In this document: positions 1 to 11,900 of the stretch, piece after piece
How positions within the stretch are numbered: the stretch's first letter is position 1
Layout: each line of letters begins with the position of its first letter
Assembly (NCBI RefSeq): GCF_001194135.2
Contig: NC_068982.1
Span: 113,588,044-113,652,043 of the forward strand
Reading direction: 5' to 3'
DNA: 64,000 nt
DNA from: Octopus bimaculoides
Lineage: Eukaryota
The notes under the pieces: generated by a model
Databases searched by the model: none
The model's input: only the letters and a program-made list of their open reading frames with translations
Told to the model about the DNA's origin: nothing
Position numbers and translations under genes: made by a program

Positions 1-84
1 GTTGTGTGCCCTGATTTAACCTAGGTGTCAGCTGCTCACTAATATGTGGGTGGGTTACTCTTATATGTATATATTTGTTTATTC

Positions 85-362
85 TTTTATTTTTTTACAC
101 GTTTCTGCCATTTGAGTGCGGCCATACTGGAGCACAATTCTATAGAGTTTTAGTCGGAGAAATAGACCCCAGGACTTATTCTTTGTAAGCCTAGTACTTA
201 TTCTATCAGTCTTTTTATACCGAACCGCTAAGTTACGGGGACGTAAACACACCAACATCGGTTGTCAAACGATGGTGTGGAGGACAAACACAGACAAAAA
301 GACACTCACGCATAAATATATATACCTATATATACGACGGGCTTCTTTTAGTTTCCGTCACA
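85..362 (-). mobile_element. tRNA-derived SINE family A, partial (3' half)
   Basis: Matches the fuller copies at 5850-6233 and 59584-60060 (ccatactggagcac...gaccccaggacttattctttgtaagcctagtacttattct...gacgggcttctttt). The tRNA head is missing. Confidence 0.85.
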
Positions 363-771
363 CAACTACGCATGTGCCTATATATATATATATTTGTGTG
401 TGTTGTGTAATTTGCCAATATTTTAAATATGCCCTTGGCGTAAGGTATATTTTCTCCCTCCCACCTAGCATCACTTCTATCCCAGTTTATTTCTTTTATG
501 TAACTGTTTGAACATTCATCTCCCACCCAGTTCGGTTTGCAAACTTCTCTGTAAAACATTAGGTAACGAATGAAGTAAAAAGTTTCGTCGTCATCATCAT
601 CACCATCATTCTCATCGTCATCATTATTATAATAATTATTATTATTACTTTAGAAATAATTATAATGTAATCAGAGCAAATCGGGTAATTCCCATGACCT
701 CTGCTGGCCTGTCCAGACTGCAAAGATCAATAGAACTGATATTCAGCTTGAATTTCTGTAAGTTGATGTTT

Positions 772-775
<4 letters not shown>

Positions 776-817
<42 letters not shown>

Positions 818-839
818 TCTCACACACACACACACACAC

Positions 840-873
<34 letters not shown>
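776..873. repeat. (CA)n microsatellite
   Basis: Directly visible. It explains ORFs 660..917 and 694..930. Confidence 0.98.
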
Positions 874-874
<1 letters not shown>

Positions 875-3564
875 TGCAGCACAGAGGGAGACAGAGAGGT
901 TTATTATCAGAAGTCATTTCCCAGAGGTAGCGCTATTTTCTTAATTCTTCAATATTCTGAAATGTGAGAATCAAATTAATTCCCTTCTGTTTTCCAAACT
1001 CAAAACTTGCGTACTGAATTCACCTCTTAACAGGAGTGGCATTTATTACAGGCCCTGCATTTTCCTGAACCCTGTGATAAATGCCTATATTACTATAGTA
1101 CTACAAAGCCTTCGACTTCTATGAACGACTGGATTTTTAAGGTTGATTCATTTGAATAATTCCGACTTTAAATTAAACAAATTACAATCATCAAATTTAA
1201 TGGCAGCAATGAATAAATATTTATTTCATTTTTATTTGAATCTAATTAATAGTTGTGCCATTCCATTCTTCTGTTTCCATCCTTTAAATTCATCATACAT
1301 CCATTGGTCTTAATTATCAGTTTTTACTTTATATACAGGATGGATTGTTAAATCAGATTATTACTAATGTATTATAGGCTTCATATGTTTTGTGCTTTGG
1401 TTTAAAATGAATTCTGCATCTACTTATTTACATTTTCCACATAGTTTACTGCATCTAAGCAATCGTCTTCCAGTATTAACCTTCTAAATATCTCGATGTA
1501 GCAGATTTTTTTAATAAAGTAATGATTAATGGCTCCCTTGTGTTCATTTCGATTACTTCTGCACTGATCTTTGTATATTGGGTTTTAAATGTGTAGTTGG
1601 ATCCATAAAAATTGTTATAATTCGATGAAATAGCTACGTTTTCAACTTAGAGCTCATTTTACTGGTTTCTCCCTTGTGTAATTCAGCTCTGCCTGTCTCT
1701 GAGGAATTTTTTTATCCTTAATAATTTTCATTGGAAGTAGATGTAAGGGAGGTAATCCACTGTTCGTTAGCTACGACGAGATTTGGTGAAATTATGTTTT
1801 TGTTAATTTATGCTTTGAATGAATATAAACTCTCAAGTGGTTGTTTTGTTTTGTTGTTTTCTTTTTGTGAGATAGTTTTTCCGAAAGTATGATTAATTAA
1901 AAGCTACTAATACTTCAGAGTCAATTAAAGTCATTTATAACCTTCTGAAAACAAATGAAAACGAATTCTATTTATGATATAAATATTTCTTTATAACATA
2001 GATATATGATACACATGGAAAAAATATGTTAACTATCCGAAATGTTCAAATCTTGTTTCATTTTCTTTAGATATATTATTTTCTGTGTTAGGAAAGTGAT
2101 TATTAGCTGTGATAGGGAAGAGACAGATATAAAATATTTGATATAACATCGAATAAGGTGTATTTCATTAAAGAAATTTAGAATAAATGTTTTTAATTTA
2201 TCATATCAAGTGGTTTAACCTGTACATAGAAAATATTATTTCGTACACTAACATACAGCCAGAGGATTTGGAAGAAAAGGAATAGAAAAATAATTCGGTC
2301 CATAATATGTTGCTTACTTTATCGACCCGTCTGAGAAAGCACATGAAGAAACCAAATACTGTAAAGCATTTCGTTGGATAATTTAATTTTCTCTTTCACC
2401 CTACATCTTATAATTGAGAATAATTTTCTTCTTTTAACTATTTAGTATATTCTACTGACTTATAAATATTTTGCTATTAATGGGAAAGTGTTGGACTCTC
2501 CGCTGTATATAATGTAGGTAAGTTATCTCCCTTAAGAAAGGCTTATTTCTCAGTTACCTCCCTTACTGTGTTGCATTCCAGCAGCTTTCTTTCATTTCGA
2601 AGAATAAAATTATAAATAATAGAACGTAGACGGTAATTTTAGCTGTAATGATATAGGTTTCATTTTACACAGTGTGGAATTTTTTCAATATGTAAATTAG
2701 TAAAATCCTATTTTTGCGAATTACAACAGGCACATTTGAAGTATTTCACTTTATTTCTCAGCACGGAAAAATATTAAACGAGCGCATTACAAACGTCCCA
2801 GGACCTTTATATTAGCAGCAATCTGTCATTCAGTTTCTCTTATGCCTCGCGCCTGTGAGCTTCCTCGCAACTAATATTTTGTTAAAAGACTGTACCTTCC
2901 AACCTACATTGTCCTTGATAGAGTGACATGGATATGAAGCGTTCCGTGGTGACATATCAACTCCTTTGGGAAATAGATTTAATATATTTCCCATTATTTA
3001 TTTATTTATTTATTTACTTTAGTTATTTATTTAATAATTGCTTAATCAGGGAAAGAAAAGCAACACCAATGACCCTAGGGCTTTCGGTATTTGAGGCAGA
3101 GAAAGAAGAGGTGATCCCCAAACAGAACTTGGTGCAACTGAGTGAACCTTTCTAAAGGAATCTAAAAACCGGAACAAATATCTCGAGGCATCTCAGCTAA
3201 TAATTCCACCAAACCACCATTTTTTATCGACTCCCGAATGGTTGAAAGGAGGAATCGTTGACTGGCAGGATTTGAACCCATGGTGCAGAGAGTAGAAGAA
3301 ATACTGCTCTAATGAATCTATTGATTCACCAATGTAACACCACCTTTTTAGGCTTTGGGTAGGCCAGGTCTCAGGTCTAAGAATGAATCGTGATTCCGTT
3401 TACTTTTACTACCGGCGATTTCCGTGGCCCTAGGGACATGGGGTCGTGGTTGCTACCTTTCCTCGTTTGATGTAGACGTGTCTTTATATTTTAGGGGCTA
3501 TTTCTATTTTCCCTAGAAGTAAGAAATAAATTAGACAAATTTAATTACATAGTTTAGATTAATA

Positions 3565-3700
3565 TTTAAGGCAGTTTTTCAGCAGAATCGTTAGTGCCAG
3601 AGAAATGCTTTAAATATTTTTCTTCTGGCACGTTGAATTCCGAGTTCAAATCCTGCTAAACTGAATTTTGCTTTTCCTCCTTCCCTAGTTGATAAAATAC
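3565..3700 (+). mobile_element. SINE family B, partial
   Basis: cagcagaatcgttagtgccag...aaatgctt...gagttcaaatcc...ttttcctccttccctagttgataaaata is a degenerate match to the family B head and core. Confidence 0.7.
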
Positions 3701-3704
3701 TGAA

Positions 3705-3751
<47 letters not shown>

Positions 3752-5000
3752 AGAATTGGCTACGTGAGAAGAACGTAGGGTCTAGCTGTATCATTTTCCT
3801 TCAAAACAACCACTTGCGTTGCTGAGTTTCTGTTAAAGTATGGTACTTATTAATTTTTAAGATTAAGATTTAATAATTATATCGCTGATTTAATTGTAAC
3901 ATAATAATTATTTCACAGAACTGAAGCAAAGCTTACCTGACTCATGATTTTTAGATATGCAGTAAATCCCAAAACTATCTTTAAATGTTGTTCATATATT
4001 TTTTAATAAAATAAAAATTCAATTCAATCTGTATTACTAAAATTTAATTTTTTTTAAATGTCCATTACCACCCATATAAAAAGAGAATATTCTCTCCTTT
4101 CGGCTTTGTGACATAGATTTAACACATACTGTAATTACCTTCCACTCCGATCACCCGTAAATTGAATTTTCCGAACGTATCTACCAGCTTCTTAGGTTCT
4201 GGCCGAAGTTCATCATTTGCTATTAACAGACTGCCAGTGTTGTTTACACAAAAATCTGTCATCTCTTGCAGCACATTTCTCTTGCTTTCTCTCAGGTTTT
4301 TGTTTACTGATTCGGACAACCGAGAATCCCAGACTCTGCAGCAGTGGATAGGTGGGGTATTTCATGTAACCAGCTTGTATTTTTAGATTGAGCCTATTTA
4401 CTGGCCCGTCTGTTTCCCACTCTTTTCTGCAGTTCATCTCCTCCTCATCGACAAAAAGACTATGGCGTAAAATTAATTCTCGGTGCCTTTCCTGGGGGAG
4501 AAGTCTTCGTAGCTTTGAGATGCTCTACTACATTGATCTCTGGAGTTGTGGTACTGCGGGAGCCTTTGCTTCTGCTCTGGGTATCTCCAGATTTATAACC
4601 TTCCATGATCTGGAAACATTGATTAAAGTAATCATGATTTTCATGATCTTCAGGCTTGGGGCCAGCTGTTCTTGTTGCTGCCCCTACTACAGTTCGTCAC
4701 TTCTATGCAGAACGTTTTCAAATGGCAATTAGTTCCTACCTCCACACACCTACAGTAATGATAACGAATGAGCCACCACTAAGTTTGCACTTTCGTTAGT
4801 CAATCTGTAATGGCTTGTGCTTACCAAATGAGCTTGCCCGTTTAATTGTTATCCCGTCCGTTTTCTCTTTCAAATCTGCCTCTGTGCTTTCAAAACTCTA
4901 GAGGACTAACTCGCTACTACCACTCTTGCTCCCACATTCCACTACCAATTAACCAAGTAAGCTTTATATATATACATATATAAACTTAGATAAAAAAAAA

Positions 5001-5325
5001 TTAGATTTGTTTCGACCAAAGATTGGTCCAGGCCATGTCTAACTTCATAGCACCACCTATTCCAACATTTGCTGATTTTGTGAGTAAGATATTATGGTCA
5101 ACCCTATCGAACGCTTTACTGAAGTCAAGATATATGACATCAGCATTCGAACCTGTTCCCAAGGCTTTAAATATATCTTCAACGTGGTGTAAGAGCTGTG
5201 TTAGACAGTCCCTGCCACAGCGAAAGCCATGCTGGTTTGCATTTAGGAGTTTGTGGGTCTCCAGGAAGTCGGCTATCCTTGATCTTACCACCCTTTCAAA
5301 CACTTTAATGATGTGGGATATACGT
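5001..5325 (-). mobile_element. Non-LTR retrotransposon (CR1/L2-like) reverse transcriptase fragment
   Basis: The ORF encodes HIIKVFERVV...NQHGFRCGRDCLTQLL...VIYLDFSKAFDRVDHNILL, which are canonical LINE RT motifs (QHGFR, LDFSKAFD). Truncated at both ends. Confidence 0.92.
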
Positions 5326-5465
5326 AGTCTGATCAATAAGTATCCGTACTGTTGCAATAGTAACGAAACTAAAGCACGTAGAGTGACCTTGAACTCTGCT
5401 GTGCATGCACATAAGTTTTAACATTCTAACTCACTTCCGCTGTTTACAGCAGTGCTTCGAAAGAA
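5326..5465 (-). repeat. Unclassified interspersed repeat (second copy at ~38420-38860)
   Basis: The reverse complement gcactgctgtaaacagcggaagtgagttagaatgttaaaactt...ggatacttattgatca recurs at 38430-38461 plus 38758-38860. Confidence 0.75.
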
Positions 5466-5790
5466 GGTGGGTAACGTGTAATCGCCGCATTGACCATGAT
5501 AGAGAAAGTTGAGCAGAGAATCAGAATCAAATTTTGTCAAAAGCTTGGCGATATCTACTCAGAGGCCTGGGCAAAGTTTTCAAAAAGTTTTCAACTTTCT
5601 CGACACAATCAAGATCTTTTGCAACTGAAACCCAAGTGTCTTTTCGCTCAGCTGAAAACAGATTTGGCTCAAACTTGGTAGACACGCATCTTATACACAA
5701 TTCTTCAGTGATAATGGACTGAACTGAACTGTAACTAATCTACACATCCTATATAACTCACGGATGGTGATTCGACGATTCCCCCCCCCC
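5466..5790 (+). mobile_element. Mariner-like DNA transposon remnant (transposase N-terminus)
   Basis: The peptide EKVEQRIRIKFCQKLG resembles the mariner transposase N-terminal EQRxxIKFCxKLG motif. The rest is deleted. Confidence 0.65.
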
Positions 5791-5806
5791 TCTCTCTCTT
5801 TCTCTT

Positions 5807-5841
<35 letters not shown>

Positions 5842-5849
5842 TAGCCATT

Positions 5850-6233
5850 CCTTTATTCTTTTATTCTTTCATTTGTTTCAGTCATTTGACTGCGGCCTTG
5901 CTGGAGCACCGCCTTTAGTCGAACAAATCGATCCCAGGACTTATTCTTTGTAAGCCTAATATTATTCTATCGATCTCTTTGCCGAATCGTTAACTTACGG
6001 GGCACGTGAACACACCAACATCGGTTGTCAAGCGATGGTGTGGGGACAGACACACAAACACACACACACACACATATACGACTGGCTTCTTTCAGTTTCC
6101 GTCTACCAAATCCACAAACAAAGCTTTGGTCGGCCCGAGGCTATATAGTAGAAGAGACTTGCCCAAGGTGCCACACAGTGGGACTGAACTCGGAACCATG
6201 TGGTTGGTAAGCAAGCTACTTACTACACAGCCT
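5850..6233 (-). mobile_element. tRNA-derived SINE family A, full length
   Basis: The minus strand starts ggctgtgtagtaagtagcttgc (A box)...gagttcagtcccact (B box), contains an internal (TG)n tract and ends in an A-rich aataaa-like tail. Confidence 0.9.
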
Positions 6234-6532
6234 TAGTTTTTTTGGAGGGGTGGGGGGGAGTCTTTCTTTTTTCATCTTCTCACCTATGTCTTGTTTTGCC
6301 CCCTCACCATTAGTTCGAACATGTAACACATGTGTTTCCAGAACTTACAACTGTGACATATTTAGTTCGTGGAACATTTGGTTCGTTGTGTTAGTAAGAC
6401 AAGACATTGACATTTATGGCTTGCTTTATTGACTCGGCTTTTTTTTCAATGCTGTTTCATTATACATGTATTGATTATTATCATTACCACTGAACATGGA
6501 ACAACAAACATTCCTACATTGATGAAGTAGTT

Positions 6533-6745
6533 GCTGATGTTGTTGTTGTTATTGATATTGTTTTTTCATGATCATATTCTTTAAATGTTGTTGTTGGTGG
6601 TGGTGGTGGTGGTGGCGGCGGTGGCGGTGGTGGTGGTAATGGTTGTGGTTGTTGTTTGTATTGATGGTGATGCTGCTAAATGGTGGTGGTGCTGGAGAGC
6701 TGCTACTGCGCCTGCGGCTGCTGCTGGCGGTGGTGGTGGTGATGA
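6533..6745. repeat. Compound (GTT)/(GGT)/(GCT) trinucleotide microsatellite
   Basis: Directly visible. Source of the low-complexity ORFs 6549..6875. Confidence 0.9.
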
Positions 6746-7254
6746 ACATATCATTTACATATACCGCTCTGGGTATGTGCAGCGCTCTATTGTTTTCTCT
6801 ATCTCCTATTGTATTGATAGTGCTGTATACAATACCAGTCTAGTCTTACTTTCAGTATATCGTGCATATCTATAGTCCTGGAGTTTTAGGTTAAGTACTG
6901 GTCGACATATACTTTTAACATTGCTAAGTCACCTATTATGATAGGGACTGTTTCTTTATTCAGTCTACGCACTCTGGTTATGAGCTGCTAGAAATTCTAT
7001 GGGGGAGAATTTCTCCTTTTTATATATTTTGTGCAGCACATTATTGTCTATTGTACTACGATCAAGAAACATTTCTTTCCCAGTTTGTCCTCGATAACAA
7101 TTTCCAAACAGTTATCGTTGATCTCCTTGTGTGTGTAGATTAGAATATCCCAGAATGAGAGTATGGTCGCTTTGTACGAAAATTCCCGGCCATAAACCTC
7201 GAACCCAGAAACGAAAGAGAAATTCAAAACCAAGATTATCCTACACAGAACAAT

Positions 7255-7494
7255 CTTTTCTACTCTAGGCACAAGGCCTGAAATTTTGTGGGAGGGGGCC
7301 AGTCGATTAGATCAATACCAGTACGCAACTGGTACTTAATTTTTCGACCTCGAAAGGATGAAAGACAAAGTCGACCTCGAAAGGATGAAAGATAAAGTCG
7401 ACCTCGGCGGAATTTGAACTTAGAACGGAAAGACAGACGAAATACCGTTAAGCATTTCACCCGGCGTGCTAGCGTTTCTGCCAGCTCGCCGCCT
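7255..7494 (-). mobile_element. SINE family B, young copy with 13-bp TSD
   Basis: Head aggcggcgagctggcagaaacgctagc and B box aagttcaaattcc. TSD tacacagaacaat at 7242-7254 and 7495-7507. Internal 27-bp tandem duplication (cgacctcgaaaggatgaaaga(c/t)aaagt). Confidence 0.92.
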
Positions 7495-7521
7495 TACACA
7501 GAACAATAATAATCATAATAA

Positions 7522-7728
7522 TCCTTTCTACTAAAGGCACAGGGACTGAAATTTTGTGGGAGGGGACTAGTCCATTACATCGACCCCAGTATTTCACTGG
7601 TACTTAATTTATTGACCCCCTAAAGGTAAAGTCGACCCCGGTGGAATTTGAACTCAGAACGTAAAGACGGACGAAGTATCGCTAAGCATTTTGCCCGGCG
7701 TGCTGACGATTCTGCCAGCTCGCCGCCT
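7522..7728 (-). mobile_element. SINE family B
   Basis: Same head, core and tail as 7255-7494, with CpGs retained. Confidence 0.9.
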
Positions 7729-7741
7729 TAAATAATAAGCC

Positions 7742-7742
<1 letters not shown>

Positions 7743-7787
<45 letters not shown>

Positions 7788-7850
7788 CAGTAGTAGTAGC
7801 AGCAACAGCAGCAGCAGTAGCAGCAGCAGCAGCAGTAGCAGCAGCAGTAT

Positions 7851-7889
<39 letters not shown>

Positions 7890-7892
7890 TAG
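7743..7892. repeat. (AGT)n/(AGC)n microsatellite
   Basis: Directly visible. Confidence 0.97.
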
Positions 7893-8360
7893 TACAGCAG
7901 GACAAATTTTGTGAAAGAAAGGAAAATAGAATTAATGACGATTCTATCCGAATCACAACCGGTATGAAAGATGATGATTTTGTTGGCAATAAAACAACAA
8001 TGAGGTTAGTACATTCATGCTCACAGGGGACAAGCAAAAGAAAACACTGTTGATAAGAATGGCAATTTTGCATGTTACCATGAAAACAGAGAGGCTTGTT
8101 CATAGACAAGAAAGAAAAGGGAGGATCTGAAAAATTTATCTCCAGTCACATAATCTTTCCATGTCTGAGCAGTATATCCAAGAATTGGCAAGAGTGAAAG
8201 TTACATATTTATTTATACTAATGGCAAAGTCTTTCGGTTGTCTTCAAAGCAGAAGCAAAAAGAGGATCTATTCCATGTTGTAAGGCCTGCAAAACTGTCT
8301 GTCAGATAGTTAGATCCTAGGAAATAGCAAGAAAACAAATTGAAATTCTAAAGTGTGCTC

Positions 8361-8418
<58 letters not shown>

Positions 8419-8422
8419 CATT

Positions 8423-8851
8423 CTGGCAGAATAGTTAGCATGCCAGACGAAATGCTTAGCGGTATTTCACCTGTTGCTATATTCTGAGTTCAAATTCCAC
8501 TGAGGTAGACTTTGCCTTTCATCCTTTCGGGGTCAATAAATTAAGTACCAGTGAAACACTGGGTCAATGTAATTGACTCATTCCCCCACCCCAAATTTCA
8601 GGCCTTCTACCTATAATAGAAAGGATTATTAAGGTGGTGAGCTAGCAGAATCATTCCCATGCCAAGCAAAATGTTTAATGGTACTTCATCCATCTTTATG
8701 TTCAGAGTTCAAATTCTACCAAGGTAGACTTAGCCTTTAATCTTTTCAGGGTCGATAAAATAAGTACCAGTTGGGTACTGGAGTTAATATAATCAACTTA
8801 GCCCCTCCACCGAAATTGCTAGCCTTATGCCAAAATTTAAAACCATTATTA

Positions 8852-8885
<34 letters not shown>

Positions 8886-9035
8886 TGTTCTGAGTTCAAA
8901 TTCTGCCAAGGTCGATGTTGCCTTTCATCCTTTCAGAGTCAATTAAATAAGTATCAGATACACACTGGGATCAATGCAAGCGACTTAATCCCTTCCTCCA
9001 AATTTCAGGCCTTATGCCTATAGTAGAAAGGATTA
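8423..9035 (+). mobile_element. Three tandem SINE family B copies separated by (ATT)n tails
   Basis: Repeated ggcagaat..gttagc...gagttcaaattcc...gcctttcatcctttc(g/a)gggtc(a/g)ataa...agtaccag units at ~8423, ~8630 and ~8885. CpGs decayed to TpG/CpA. Confidence 0.88.
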
Positions 9036-9046
9036 TTATTACTTAA

Positions 9047-9337
9047 ACCCATTACCTCCCATAATTCTATTAACTGGAATTTTTTTATGAAACTTTGATT
9101 TCTAGCATAAAACAGCCTTAGAAACATGCTGGAATGATCAAAATAACATTTCAAAATAACATTCTAAATAGAAATAAGCGAGATATTGGGTGAAAAATTA
9201 GCAAACCTCATTTGAATATCAGAGAAATATACCTAGTAGATATAGCAAAAAGGTTAGATATGTGTAAATATTGACAGATAATTACGAAATTTGTAATTTT
9301 TAAGTGATCTCATATGAGATCACTGGTAGGTAATGGG
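9047..9337. mobile_element. TTAA-flanked MITE (piggyBac-type termini)
   Basis: ttaa at 9043-9046 and 9338-9341; TIR cccattacct / aggtaatggg; perfect 22-bp subterminal palindrome agtgatctcatatgagatcact at 9303-9324. Confidence 0.8.
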
Positions 9338-9341
9338 TTAA

Positions 9342-9540
9342 GGCAGAATCATTAGCATGGTGGGTGAAATGCTTAGCAGCATTTTGTCTATCTTCATGTA
9401 TCTTTGTTAAAATTCCACCAAAGTCGACTTAGCCTTTCATGCTTTAGGGGCCAATAAAATAAGTAGCAGCTGAATACTGGGGTTCATTTAATTGGCTATC
9501 TCGTTTTTAGGCCTTGTACCTATAGTGGAAAGGATGATTA
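9342..9540 (+). mobile_element. SINE family B (older copy)
   Basis: ggcagaatcattagc...aaattccaccaaagtcgacttagcctttcat...ctatagtggaaaggatgattatt. Confidence 0.8.
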
Positions 9541-9822
9541 TTATTATTGTGGCCAATAAAAGAAATCATTATTATTATTATTATTTCTTAACTTCCCAAA
9601 ATTCAATTAATCTTTCTGATTTACATTGCACCTGCAGCAGATAGAGTGCTTTAATTAATGTATGTTCAGAAATGCCATAGAGAAGCAAGCAGTAGCTCAT
9701 ATTTTATACACCAAAAGCACTACTCACCTATAACTACAACATTTTCTTATACCTACCAAAAACTAAATATATCATCTATATAGATGTGAAATATGTGTGA
9801 TTATGATTTTATGCACAAGTGT

Positions 9823-9876
<54 letters not shown>

Positions 9877-9886
9877 NNNNNNNNNN

Positions 9887-9932
<46 letters not shown>

Positions 9933-9934
9933 AC

Positions 9935-10290
9935 TCTTTTACTCTTTGTCTCAGTCATTTGACTGTGACCATACCGGAGCACAACCTTGAAGGGTTTTAG
10001 TTGAAAGAAATCAACCCCAGGACTTATTTTATCAGTCACTTTTGCCGAAGTGCTAAGTTACAAGAACATAAACACACCAACATTAGTTGTCAAGCAGTGA
10101 TAGGAGGACAAACACACACACACACACATATATATGACAGGCTTCTTTCAGTTTCCGTCTATCAGATCCACTCACAAGGCTTTACTCAGCCTGAGGCTAT
10201 AGTAGAAAACATTTGCCCAAAGTACCATGCAGTGAGACTGAACCCAGGACCATGTGGTTCTTAAGCAAGCTTCTAACCACACAGCCACAC
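9935..10290 (-). mobile_element. SINE family A, full length
   Basis: Colinear with 5850-6233. Confidence 0.88.
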
Positions 10291-10336
10291 CTGTATCTAT
10301 ATATGTATATGTGTATGTATATGTATATATATGTAT

Positions 10337-10367
<31 letters not shown>

Positions 10368-10944
10368 NNNNNNNNNNNNNNNNNNNNNNNNNNNNNNNNN
10401 NNNNNNNNNNNNNNNNNNNNNNNNNNNNNNNNNNNNNNNNNNNNNNNNNNNNNNNNNNNNNNNNNNNNNNNNNNNNNNNNNNNNNNNNNNNNNNNNNNNN
10501 NNNNNNNNNNNNNNNNNNNNNNNNNNNNNNNNNNNNNNNNNNNNNNNNNNNNNNNNNNNNNNNNNNNNNNNNNNNNNNNNNNNNNNNNNNNNNNNNNNNN
10601 NNNNNNNNNNNNNNNNNNNNNNNNNNNNNNNNNNNNNNNNNNNNNNNNNNNNNNNNNNNNNNNNNNNNNNNNNNNNNNNNNNNNNNNNNNNNNNNNNNNN
10701 NNNNNNNNNNNNNNNNNNNNNNNNNNNNNNNNNNNNNNNNNNNNNNNNNNNNNNNNNNNNNNNNNNNNNNNNNNNNNNNNNNNNNNNNNNNNNNNNNNNN
10801 NNNNNNNNNNNNNNNNNNNNNNNNNNNNNNNNNNNNNNNNNNNNNNNNNNNNNNNNNNNNNNNNNNNNNNNNNNNNNNNNNNNNNNNNNNNNNNNNNNNN
10901 NNNNNNNNNNNNNNNNNNNNNNNNNNNNNNNNNNNNNNNNNNNN
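10368..10944. other. Assembly gap (other gaps: 9877-9886, 14757-14991, 27607-27859, 54567-55067)
   Basis: Runs of N, mostly next to microsatellites or repeats. Confidence 1.
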
Positions 10945-11629
10945 GTACAGGAAAAAAGTTTGGAGGGGAGAAAACAGAAAAATATGGAAACTGAAATATG
11001 TGGAAAAATACAAAAACATTAACCCTATAATTATGTAAAAAACATAAAAATAATCAAAAAAATATAAAAATATAAAAATATAAAATCCAGGTGAAAAAAG
11101 GAGAAAAGCATATACATAGACACAATATAGAAGCCTATCAGTACAGTCCCATCAGCAGGTCCTATCAGTACAAATATTAAAAAATATATATATAAATATA
11201 TAAGAAATGTAAGTAATAATTATAGAGAGACACAAAAATAGAAAGCAAGTCCAATCAGTAAACTATGTATGTATGTATGTATGTATCTATGTATATGTGT
11301 GGGTTTCATAGTTAGAAAAGTTCTATTCTGTTGTAGAAAATATAGCATCTAAGAAATTCACAAAAATATTAAATATAGATAAAGAATAATTAGCCACAGC
11401 CATCTAATTAGCCACTGCTGACTGAAAATTGCTTTTTTTATATAATTATTTTCTTTGTTTTTCTCCTTCAAACATAATAAAACAATCTGCATCTCCAAAT
11501 TCACTAACATTGTTTCAGAATGGCTGAAGACTTGGTCATAGAATCTTTCATCTACTTTGGATCATTCAACTGGTTTTATTCAACTGTACAGTTGAAGATG
11601 TTCTTCCTTTTCTTTTTTTAAAATAGTTT

Positions 11630-11830
11630 AACATGTTTAGCACTTAATAGCAACCTGCCTGAAGCCACCTCTGGCTCTGTAGTAGAAATGTCTTGTTTTC
11701 AAAAGTTCTGAATTAAAATCTTCCACCAAACTTTAGTCACAATTCTTAACACTAGCTTCTTCGTTATATTCAAAATTAACTGAAAGAAACACAGAGCATT
11801 TCAACAGAAATATGGTAACAGAAAGGTTAA
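11630..11830 (-). mobile_element. TTAA-terminated MITE, same family as 11901-12402, inverted
   Basis: Its reverse complement starts ttaacctttctgttaccatatttctgttgaaat, matching ttaacccttttgttaccaaatttctggtgaaat at 11901. Confidence 0.75.
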
Positions 11831-11900
11831 GCAGAAGTATTCCTACCTTGGCCTCCATGTACTTTATTAAGTTGTTGTGTATCTAAAGCAACTGTGTTGT

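Noticed and set aside
660-930. Many ORFs rich in HT/CV/YI/poly-H/poly-V/poly-T/poly-N repeats across the window
   Set aside because: They are translations of di- and trinucleotide microsatellites.
2505-2570. Plus-strand donor gtag|gtaagt
   Set aside because: It is part of the recurrent agggag(a/g)taac repeat motif (also at 1745 and 47895), with no convincing upstream exon.
6150-6233. tRNA-like sequences with A and B boxes (also at 44730-44797 and others)
   Set aside because: These are SINE heads. They continue into SINE bodies and lack a full cloverleaf.
10213-11038. Long ORFs (235-269 aa) and similar ones at 14676-15069, 27476-27976, 54423-55217
   Set aside because: They are long only because they run through N gaps.
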